A stretch of DNA of 61,916 nucleotides, filler included. It is 3 parts of 3 records of this genome, joined end to end, with 100 filler letters (N's around TTAATTAATTAA, not from the genome) between each part and the next. Parts side by side here need not be neighbours in the genome. Positions count along the whole stretch, not along the records: positions 1 to 23,271 come from SRR20825006_1526; 2 more parts are not named here. One strand, 5' to 3'. Positions within the stretch are counted from its first letter, which is position 1, and every line of letters begins with the position of its first letter. Below the pieces are notes generated by a model. That model ran no database searches, was not told the DNA's origin, and saw only the letters and a list, made by a program, of their open reading frames with translations. The translations under genes were made by a program, and so were the position numbers. Below, one piece after another: positions 11,676-19,488 of the stretch.

Positions 11676-13610
11676 GTGAGTGAACGGATCAAATTGCACG
11701 TCGGTCTTATTTTGTTTGATGGTGATACTGACCTGAAAATCGACGAGTTAGAAACTCGGCATGGGGTGGTGCTCAAGATTGTGGCGAACGGTCGCCATCG
11801 CACAATGAGCAGGGAGGATCTGGAAGCGAAAATTCTCTCAGGTGAATTGACTTTGTTTCAGCCTGAAGAACAAAAGGAAAAGCTCGGCTACAGGGTAGAC
11901 CTAACCGGAAAAGCCAAGGAGGTCTACAGCAGGCGACTTTGGTACGTTACGTCGCTGCACCGTGCGTGTCGCCCCGACCAATCCGTCCGTTCGATTATAG
12001 AGGCTGTGATCCGTGATGTCGCGGTAATCATTGCGGATAAACGTCCGCCAAAGCGAAGTACAGTGGCGAGCTGGTATCGGGAATGGCTCAGGCATGGTAA
12101 AAACAACGACGTTCTGGTGCCTAAATTCCGTGGCCGCGGCCGCAAAAGGCATGCCTTCACGGATGAAGAAATGACGTTCTGCGAACAGGTCATCAAGCGA
12201 GAATTTTTGAAAGTCAATCCACCTTCGAAGCGCGTCATAATCGAAGAAGAAATTATTCCCGGAATTGAAAATATCCGCGCCGCTGCCGGGTACACGGGAA
12301 GAGCAAAGACGGTCAGTAAAGCGACGTGCTATCGTGTCTTCGGGAGCCTTGATTGCTACACTGTTGCGGTCGCCCACCATGGACGCCGCCATGCTGACCT
12401 TCAGTTTCGGGCGACAGGTAAAGGCTATGAGGCCACTGCGCCGCTTCAATATCTCTATGAAGACCATCAGATGCTGCCCATTTACATCCCCTTGCCTGGT
12501 GGGGGTGTCATTCGTCCCTGGCTATATGTCGCGATCGATTTGTTTTCGCGCGTGCCGTGGGCCATTTCCCTTGGGTTTCGAGCGGATTTTGCAAGTGTTG
12601 GCGCTGGGATCCGGCGTGGTATTCTCGGGTATAGTGACCTCCTTTCGAGCCTGCCTTCGGTGGAGAAGGCATACCCGGTTCATGGTCTGGCACACAAATT
12701 GGTGGCCGATCGTGGGGCACCGTTTGTCGGGGAAGCGCACGAGCGGATGTGTGTCGAAATGGGTATTGATACGGTCATTTGCCCGCCCGGTTCACCCAAC
12801 TGGAAAGGCACGATAGAGTCCTTCTTTGGAACGCTTAAGGTCAGTTTTCTGAAAGGTTTGCCTGGCTTCATTCCCGATGTCGAGAATACAACTGAAGTAA
12901 CGCTTGCAGCTCAGAGAGCTTGTATACCTTATCAAGAGCTCTACGAGAGTCTGCATAAGTGGATAGTCGATGTGTATGTTCACCGTTTTCATAGGACACT
13001 CTGCGACATTCCGATGAATAAGTGGGTCGAAGGCGTGAAGCAGTTCCCCGTGGACCTGCCAGCCAGCCCTGAATCGGTGCGCATGAGCTGTTCCATTCAT
13101 GAGACGCGCACACTGCAGAAGCGTGGTATCGAAATTCACGGGACATTTTACCAGAGTGACGAGTTAAAGAGACTTTGGCAGAAGCTCGGGGCTAAGCCTT
13201 TCATAATCGATCTCAGAGTAGACCCTGTAGATATCGGGGCTATTTACGTCAAAGTTCCGAATGAGCAGCGGTTTATCAAGGTGCCGACCGACAAGACGGA
13301 ATACCGAGGGCGCGACCTGTGGCTCCATGAGGCCATAAGGGCTGAGGAAGTGGAGCGCGAGAAGGCACTTATCGCGGGCTCAGACGCGGCGGTGCAAGCA
13401 CGAAAAATCAGGAAGCATCTTACCGCATACGGCCGGAAAGTGGTGCGCGGCAATGATCGAGCTCACGCAGTTGCAGCTCTGAAGACACCGCGGCGACCCA
13501 AGGCAAAGGCGCCTAAAAACACCCTTAATCCGGATGCCTCAACGCACCAAGAGATTGCGACCCTTCGCAAAAGTTTGCAGGATAAAGAGCGAGGTACGTC
13601 CAAATGTTGA
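11676..13610 (+). CDS. tnsB: TnsB-like DDE transposase (644 aa)
   Basis: GTG start with GGAGG RBS; RRLWYV, YEDH, IDLFSR, ADRG, WKGTIESFF (DDE intact); Mu-type C-terminal domain. Confidence 0.92.
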   Translation: MSERIKLHVGLILFDGDTDLKIDELETRHGVVLKIVANGRHRTMSREDLEAKILSGELTLFQPEEQKEKLGYRVDLTGKAKEVYSRRLWYVTSLHRACRPDQSVRSIIEAVIRDVAVIIADKRPPKRSTVASWYREWLRHGKNNDVLVPKFRGRGRKRHAFTDEEMTFCEQVIKREFLKVNPPSKRVIIEEEIIPGIENIRAAAGYTGRAKTVSKATCYRVFGSLDCYTVAVAHHGRRHADLQFRATGKGYEATAPLQYLYEDHQMLPIYIPLPGGGVIRPWLYVAIDLFSRVPWAISLGFRADFASVGAGIRRGILGYSDLLSSLPSVEKAYPVHGLAHKLVADRGAPFVGEAHERMCVEMGIDTVICPPGSPNWKGTIESFFGTLKVSFLKGLPGFIPDVENTTEVTLAAQRACIPYQELYESLHKWIVDVYVHRFHRTLCDIPMNKWVEGVKQFPVDLPASPESVRMSCSIHETRTLQKRGIEIHGTFYQSDELKRLWQKLGAKPFIIDLRVDPVDIGAIYVKVPNEQRFIKVPTDKTEYRGRDLWLHEAIRAEEVEREKALIAGSDAAVQARKIRKHLTAYGRKVVRGNDRAHAVAALKTPRRPKAKAPKNTLNPDASTHQEIATLRKSLQDKERGTSKC

Positions 13611-14503
13611 CCGAGGATGAAGTTGAAAAGCGTGTGACAATTCTGGGAGCGCTCGATCACCAATACCAAGTGTACGACCAAATCGATCGGTTAGCCCGTG
13701 AACTCCGGCTCTTTCACTGCAGCATGAAAAGAGCGAAATCGGGCAAGATGATGCTTGTTCAGGGACCGACGGGTCTGGGTAAAACAAGCTTGATGGAGTT
13801 TTTTGTCCGCCGGAACGGAGGAAGTGTCCTTGGTGGTGGCACCATCTTGGTTGTCTACGTTCCTCCGAATAGCACGGTCAAAAATTTAGCCACAGCCGTC
13901 TTGGAGGCACTTGGCGATCCTCGGGCTGAAAAAGGCCGGACTTCAGAGCTCACCACTCGCGCTGTCGGTCTTATAAAGGACCTGAAAGTCTCTGCCGTGG
14001 TGTTTGACGAGTTGAATCACTTTATCGATCGCGAAACAGAGAAAGTTCTTGAAAAATGTGTCGACTGGTTCAAAGCCCTTATTGATAAAATCCACCTTTC
14101 GATCTTCGTGTTCGGCCTTCCTAAGATGACACAAGTCATTTCGTCCAGCGAGCAGTTGCATCGCCGGACCCAACGGATTGTTACCGTTCAGCCATTTGGC
14201 TTTACATCCCAGGACGAGATTGAGGCCTTTCAATGTTTATTGCTCTTTCTAAGCGATGCGATGCCTTTCGCTAACGCCTCTATGTTGGCGACAAAAGCCA
14301 TGGCAGCACAAGTTCACCGGGCAACCCTGGGGCGGGTAGGGTTTGTTTCGCGGCTTCTGATCGCGGCTGGGCTAGAGGCCTTGTCACAGCGTCGGGAGGA
14401 GATTGTGGCCAAAGATCTCTGGTGCGCTTTTAACCAGTTGTGCAGCCAAGAAAAAGATCTGGAAGGCGTCGGAAACCCTTTCTCGGATCAATGGTGTGAT
14501 TGA
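13604..14503 (+). CDS. tnsC: TnsC/TniB AAA+ ATPase
   Basis: Walker A GPTGLGKT, Walker B VVFDELNH, QLHRR arginine finger; overlaps the tnsB stop. Confidence 0.92.
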   Translation: MLTEDEVEKRVTILGALDHQYQVYDQIDRLARELRLFHCSMKRAKSGKMMLVQGPTGLGKTSLMEFFVRRNGGSVLGGGTILVVYVPPNSTVKNLATAVLEALGDPRAEKGRTSELTTRAVGLIKDLKVSAVVFDELNHFIDRETEKVLEKCVDWFKALIDKIHLSIFVFGLPKMTQVISSSEQLHRRTQRIVTVQPFGFTSQDEIEAFQCLLLFLSDAMPFANASMLATKAMAAQVHRATLGRVGFVSRLLIAAGLEALSQRREEIVAKDLWCAFNQLCSQEKDLEGVGNPFSDQWCD

Positions 14504-15707
14504 GCGTAAAATCCCGTCCCGGCCGCTTCGTGATAGGCCACTCGCTTTCCCTATCTTTGTGGTACCGCACGCCCGCGAAAGTTTTGTTGGCTATCTGATG
14601 CGGTTGACTGCGGCCAACTATTATCCGTCGATCAAAGCCATCGCCGAGACCTACGGGTGTCATATCGAGCCGCGGAAGGAATATCTGGCAACCCTCCGGC
14701 TCTTGGCCGAGAAGATGGACGCCGACGCTGGCTACTTCGCCGGTCGCTTTACCAGAATGACATTTAAGCCGGAGCGGAAGCCGGCAAACTTCGTGTTTGT
14801 GCCGGGCGGTGAAGTGGCTCGGGCAAAAAATGTGGATGTCCAGGCACGTCGCTTCTGCGCAGAATGCCTGGCGGAAGACGGGTTTTTCTACCGTTGCTGG
14901 GAGCTGCGCGTATTCACCGCATGTCCTCGTCACAACACGATGTTGTGCGACCGCTGTCCTTCTTGTGGTGCCCGGCTTACCTGCTTCCGCCCCGATCCAT
15001 TGAGCTGTGGTGAATGCGGTGCTGCTCTGTATGAGGCGAAATCGCGCCCGGCCACGGAACCAGCTCTCAAATTGTCCCGTCTGGTTGCCCATAAGGCGGG
15101 GAAGTGGGGACTAGGTCTCGGAATTAACGACTGTCATAGAATAGCAGATGTGATGTCGCTCGGCGAACTGCTCACGACCTTGGAGCTTCTTTATCGCTAT
15201 CATCCTGAGCGGAAAAACGAGGTGAACGATTTCGACCGGCCGGAATTCGCGAAATTGGTGGTGCCAGCCATCGAGCACTGGCCAACGAGTTTCCACAACT
15301 ATCTCCGCCAATGCCACGAAGCCCGCTTATTGGACGAAGCCGTCAGTGAAAGCGGCCTTTGGAACTCTCTGGGGCGGCTCTATCCGACTTTGTACGGGGT
15401 CAAGCAGGTCGTCACAGTAGATAGCTGTCTCAACGAAACACATAATTTTATTATTCAGGAAGAAATCAGGTTGGGCGTCACCGGGTGCGGCGGCGCACGA
15501 GGCTTCGATCCGCTACAGGCTAATTTTCTGACAAAAAGGGATGCTTGCGCGCGCCTGTCGATCGGGAAACGGGAGTTCGACCGGTTGGTGGCTAGCGGCC
15601 ATTTGAGAGATCAACCTTTGTGGCACGGCAAGCGGATTACGCACCGGGTGCCCGTGTCAGACGTGCGCGCCTATGAAGCGAGGCAACGGGCGCAAAGGGA
15701 ACTATGA
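14496..15707 (+). CDS. tniQ: TniQ/TnsD-family target selector with C-terminal HTH (403 aa)
   Basis: P...ESFVGYLMRL, FCAECL, CPRH, CPSC, CGEC zinc ligands; GTG start overlapping the end of tnsC. Confidence 0.9.
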   Translation: MIERKIPSRPLRDRPLAFPIFVVPHARESFVGYLMRLTAANYYPSIKAIAETYGCHIEPRKEYLATLRLLAEKMDADAGYFAGRFTRMTFKPERKPANFVFVPGGEVARAKNVDVQARRFCAECLAEDGFFYRCWELRVFTACPRHNTMLCDRCPSCGARLTCFRPDPLSCGECGAALYEAKSRPATEPALKLSRLVAHKAGKWGLGLGINDCHRIADVMSLGELLTTLELLYRYHPERKNEVNDFDRPEFAKLVVPAIEHWPTSFHNYLRQCHEARLLDEAVSESGLWNSLGRLYPTLYGVKQVVTVDSCLNETHNFIIQEEIRLGVTGCGGARGFDPLQANFLTKRDACARLSIGKREFDRLVASGHLRDQPLWHGKRITHRVPVSDVRAYEARQRAQREL

Positions 15708-15713
15708 GCTCCC

Positions 15714-16862
15714 TCAAGGGGGTGAGGGCTCCTGACTGTCCACCTCGATCGGCTGAAACAGCGTCCGCGTCACGCTCTGCCTTCGCCGCTCCGCATCCCT
15801 GATATAGGTCATGGCCTGTTTGGCGGTGCGCAGCCGGGTTTGGGTCATGATGGCCTTGAGGTCGCAGCCGGCGTCAGCGGCGGAGGTGGCCAGCCCGGCG
15901 CGCAGGCTATGTCCGCTATAGACGGTGCGGTCGAAGCCGAGGGCTTCGACCGCATCCTTGACGATACGCGCGACGGTTTGCTCGCTGATCCCTTTGTCCC
16001 GGAAACTGCCGTTCCTGTTCGCACACAGGAAGAGCCGGCTGCCGCTTTCGGGCCGGATCTTGAGCCAGGCTGTGAGGGCTTTGATTGGGCACAAGCGCGC
16101 GTCAGGATGGGGAGAGATGAAGATCTTCTCGCCAAGACCAAAACGGTCCGCCTTGGAGCGGGGTAGGAAGAGCGTGAGACCGTCTCTGGCGAGGGTGACA
16201 TGCTCCAGCGCCATTTGGGAGATCTCGGTGCGCCTGAGCGCGCCAGCGAAGCCGAGGAGCACCATGGCTTTGTTGCGAATATCGAGCGGGCAATCATCAA
16301 ACACATCCATAAGCGCGGGCAGCGCCCGATAGTGCAGCGCGCGAGCTTGGCGGCGCGGCGCGAGGCCTTTCTCGCGCGCCGCTCCTTGCCACACCAGCCG
16401 GATCGCTTCGTGGCGGGTGTCGAGCTTGATGCCGGCGAGGCGGTGCGCGACCGAGATCACCGCGAGCCGGGCCTTGAGGGTCGAGGGCAGCACCTTTTTC
16501 GAGAGCATGGCCAGATAGAGTGCGACGATGCCAGGGTCGCCGGAGAGCGGTTTGACCCCAATGCCGCGGCACCAGTCCTCATACTGGCGCCAGCCGGCCC
16601 GGTAGGCCCGTTTGGTATTCTCCGAACGCGCCATCGAGGAGAGTTCGCGTACCCGGGCATACACTTCATCCAGGTCGTGTTGTAGCGCTTCCTGGACCGG
16701 AAGCCACCCCATAAGAAGGGCAGCGTCCGCGTCGGCGGTTGTAAACAGATTGGTGGCAGGTGCGTCAGGCGTGAGGCCTTGGTCCGCCTCGAGGGGAGGT
16801 GACAACGGTGGCCGATCGGCCGTTTCATCGGCTTTTTCGGGGTCGGACATGGTGGCGAGCAT
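15714..16862 (-). CDS. Cre-like tyrosine site-specific recombinase
   Basis: RSENTKRAY..W, GALRRTE, RSKAD, YSGHSLRAG, MTYIR. Confidence 0.93.
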   Translation of the reverse strand: MLATMSDPEKADETADRPPLSPPLEADQGLTPDAPATNLFTTADADAALLMGWLPVQEALQHDLDEVYARVRELSSMARSENTKRAYRAGWRQYEDWCRGIGVKPLSGDPGIVALYLAMLSKKVLPSTLKARLAVISVAHRLAGIKLDTRHEAIRLVWQGAAREKGLAPRRQARALHYRALPALMDVFDDCPLDIRNKAMVLLGFAGALRRTEISQMALEHVTLARDGLTLFLPRSKADRFGLGEKIFISPHPDARLCPIKALTAWLKIRPESGSRLFLCANRNGSFRDKGISEQTVARIVKDAVEALGFDRTVYSGHSLRAGLATSAADAGCDLKAIMTQTRLRTAKQAMTYIRDAERRRQSVTRTLFQPIEVDSQEPSPP

Positions 16863-16869
16863 AGCACAA

Positions 16870-16902
16870 TTATCATCGATAACCGAAAGTTATCGATGAT
16901 AA
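16870..16902. promoter_or_regulatory. Putative recombinase crossover/operator site (13-bp arms, 7-bp asymmetric spacer)
   Basis: TTATCATCGATAA-CCGAAAG-TTATCGATGATAA, a perfect inverted repeat just upstream of the recombinase start. Confidence 0.8.
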
Positions 16903-17127
16903 ATATATTGAACGGAAAATGAAGGCCGACGAGAGAAATGCGGATGCAAACTTCATGCGTCCAGCGTTAACCATATTTGAGTGTGGGCCGAATGCGTGCT
17001 TCACTGTCTCTGGTTGTGAGGGCTTGCTGGGGAGCGCTTTTGCTCGTGACAGGTGTGAAAATATTTGGCTAAGTTGCGGCCATGCATTCAGGTTCAGCCG
17101 ACGTCTGATGCCAAATGGGAGCACGCA

Positions 17128-18162
17128 ATGCCAGAAACACCGCCAACCGTCCTGTTGCACGGCGTATGGATGAAAGAATATCAGGGATATGAGGCCCCGC
17201 CTTCCTTTTATGCTGGCGGTTTTAAATGGCCCGCCGAATTGGACTGGAGCCATGAAATGTTCAATTTTCTGAACATCGATGGATACTGTTACGGCCATGT
17301 CCAATATGCCTTGTCATCCGGTCAGCCGAAACAGCTCAATCTTCAAAACCTGGGGGCGGCGCCCAAAGATCAAGCCATCGAGGGTGTGAGAGTAGTCTGG
17401 ACGGCACCTGCCCGCCAAGGCAAAGGAAAAGCGATCGTGGGGTGGTATGACAACGCCACTCTCTACCGTTACCCGCAAGAACATGATGATGAAAACGCGA
17501 AGAAAATGCGGACCTATAAAGGCGAACAGTTCACCTTCAGAGTGAAAGCGAAAGCGCGAGACTGTCATCTGCTCCCGCTCAGTAAACGCACAACCATCAT
17601 CCCGACAGCCCAAGGCAGAGGGAGTGGATGGCCCGGTCAGGCGCCGGTTTTTTATCTCAATAAAGCGACAGACCAATGTGCGCATATCCAGGCGGCGATC
17701 AACGATATTGTCGCCGGACGTGTGCCTCGACCGCTGACAAAAAAGGCGAAGCGCCGTGTCGATGTGGAAAATAATAAGCGTGTGGAAAAGAGTGCAATCA
17801 AGCACGTCAAACGGCATTTCGTTGGCTTGGGCTATAGCGTCGAGTCTTTTGAAGACCAAAATTTGGGGTATGACCTGAAGGCCCAGCGGGCAGACACCAC
17901 GCTATGCATTGAGGTTAAAGGACGATCAGTGCCTGATGTGCAGGCAGAGTTTAGTCCGAATGAGACAAAGAAGATGAGGGCATTTGAAAAAGGTCATTTT
18001 GCAGATGGCATATACCGAATATGCATTGTGACCGACGCGCTCACGGATCCCAAGCTGCACGACTTTGAATATGTGCCAGAGGGGCGGTACTGGTACGATT
18101 TCAGTCGCGAAATTCGCCTGAAAGCCAAGGAAATAATTGCGTTGAGATTGGAGGGAGTTTGA
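17128..18162 (+). CDS. Two-domain nuclease with C-terminal DUF3883 (PD-(D/E)xK) domain (344 aa)
   Basis: VEKSAI...LGYDLK...IEVKGR; N-terminal WMKEYQG...IVGWYDNATLYR domain; GGGAG RBS. Confidence 0.8.
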   Translation: MPETPPTVLLHGVWMKEYQGYEAPPSFYAGGFKWPAELDWSHEMFNFLNIDGYCYGHVQYALSSGQPKQLNLQNLGAAPKDQAIEGVRVVWTAPARQGKGKAIVGWYDNATLYRYPQEHDDENAKKMRTYKGEQFTFRVKAKARDCHLLPLSKRTTIIPTAQGRGSGWPGQAPVFYLNKATDQCAHIQAAINDIVAGRVPRPLTKKAKRRVDVENNKRVEKSAIKHVKRHFVGLGYSVESFEDQNLGYDLKAQRADTTLCIEVKGRSVPDVQAEFSPNETKKMRAFEKGHFADGIYRICIVTDALTDPKLHDFEYVPEGRYWYDFSREIRLKAKEIIALRLEGV

Positions 18163-18206
18163 CAGGGTTTCCCGTTGCCATGCCGCCCTTCCAAGCGCAT
18201 TCGGGT

Positions 18207-18419
18207 TTAGAATTTGCGGATGAATTTCTGGATATGGTAGCGCGCTCGCAAATAAATTGCTTGCCGGTCCTTCAGTGACGAAAACATCGGCCTCAGGTCG
18301 TTAATTTCACGGGGGTGGAAAGAATCCACGCCTTCGAAATCATACTCGGTGCCGACGCGCTTCAACGCACTACTGAGCAACTTGCTCAAGGCTAGTTTCA
18401 GGGCGCTATCAACCATCAT
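18207..18419 (-). CDS. Small hypothetical protein (70 aa), possible fifth gene of the motor-like operon
   Basis: ATG lies within the last codons of the upstream 359-aa gene. Confidence 0.4.
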   Translation of the reverse strand: MMVDSALKLALSKLLSSALKRVGTEYDFEGVDSFHPREINDLRPMFSSLKDRQAIYLRARYHIQKFIRKF

Positions 18420-19488
18420 AGGCTTTTGATCCCCGCTCGCTTTTATAGAAGATATTTTCAACACTGTGGCGCAAGGTTTCGGCTGAATTTACATCGGTCA
18501 GGTCAGGCGTGCGAAAGAGCCGAACATAAAATCGACAGTCCAGCGTGCTGTTACCAAACGGCCTGCCATCCCGCCCTTGTTCGGCATTGTTTGTGATGGC
18601 AGCTCTGTCGTAGAAGGGCTTGAACGCGCGGCGAAACTCTTCGGCGGAAAGGGGTCTCTCTAGTGGTAGCGTGCCCAACGTCGCATACCAATCCGTATAC
18701 CAGCCATACTCTGGCCGAGGGGGGACACCATCGCCCTGGATGACCATGATACCTTCAGGCGAAAGGTAAATGTCGAAGCTGTAGAGAATGCTCCCTTCGG
18801 ACAGAATCCCATCTAACGACATATTCGACTTTAAACATGACGCCGGCTCCAAATTCGCGAGGGTTGCCGCAAACTTTTGGATGAGACCTTCCTTTTCCAT
18901 GTCGCACGATTTGAGCTTGCCGGCACATGTAATGGCGTCATCAATGTTCCCGCCTTGTTGCTGCAAGGCCAGTCGCTCACCCATGACCTGTTCGATAACC
19001 GCGCCTGGGTTTTCCTGCGGTTTAAGCTGTTCGGCCTGGGCGACCAAAACATCCTTATTGGGTAACTTTTCTTCTATTTTTTTTAGTTCGGCCTCTGCTT
19101 TGGCGACTTCTTTGATACGCTCAACCACTTCATCCATCTTTGATGGGTCGTCGGAAATTTTTGAAAGTGTACTTCTCAGTTGATCAATTTCTTCACGGGC
19201 CGTGGCATATTCGTTGGCAATAAGCTGCAACTCATCGAGAGGGCGATCCAGGTCTTGCGGATCGATTTTTCCCGGCAACTTCTCTGGCTGTTGGACTTCG
19301 AAAATACTCTCGATCCCCTCTCGCCAACGCTTGATCTCAGCCGTCAGGTTATCCTGCTCCTTGTCCTTTTGGTCGATGACATCTGTAAAAAGGAGAAGAA
19401 ACAGGAAAAGCAGAATGAGCAGTGTTTCCGCTAGAGTGAGGCCGAGAAGTGTTCCACGGCGATACTCTGTATCCGATTGCCGCATCAC
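18409..19488 (-). CDS. MotB/ZorB-like single-TM coiled-coil protein with a non-OmpA C-terminal domain
   Basis: N-terminal LTLAETLLILLFLFLLLF helix; 4-bp overlap with the MotA-like gene. Confidence 0.7.
   Translation of the reverse strand: MMRQSDTEYRRGTLLGLTLAETLLILLFLFLLLFTDVIDQKDKEQDNLTAEIKRWREGIESIFEVQQPEKLPGKIDPQDLDRPLDELQLIANEYATAREEIDQLRSTLSKISDDPSKMDEVVERIKEVAKAEAELKKIEEKLPNKDVLVAQAEQLKPQENPGAVIEQVMGERLALQQQGGNIDDAITCAGKLKSCDMEKEGLIQKFAATLANLEPASCLKSNMSLDGILSEGSILYSFDIYLSPEGIMVIQGDGVPPRPEYGWYTDWYATLGTLPLERPLSAEEFRRAFKPFYDRAAITNNAEQGRDGRPFGNSTLDCRFYVRLFRTPDLTDVNSAETLRHSVENIFYKSERGSKAYDG

Larger units (their letters stand above)
11084..16902. mobile_element. Tn7-like transposition module (tnsA-tnsB-tnsC-tniQ) with adjacent tyrosine recombinase and lox-like site; element ends not located
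   Basis: Four abutting or overlapping genes in canonical Tn7-family order, then a convergent recombinase gene ending 6 bp from the tniQ stop. Confidence 0.85.

Noticed and set aside
16873-17304. ORFs 16919-17173 (+) and 16873-17304 (-) as a TnpT-like resolution helper
   Set aside because: No coiled-coil or KfrA-like character; both overlap the nuclease gene.
8800-18200. CRISPR-associated transposon (cas genes or array near tniQ)
   Set aside because: No cas-like ORF and no regularly spaced repeats seen in the contig.
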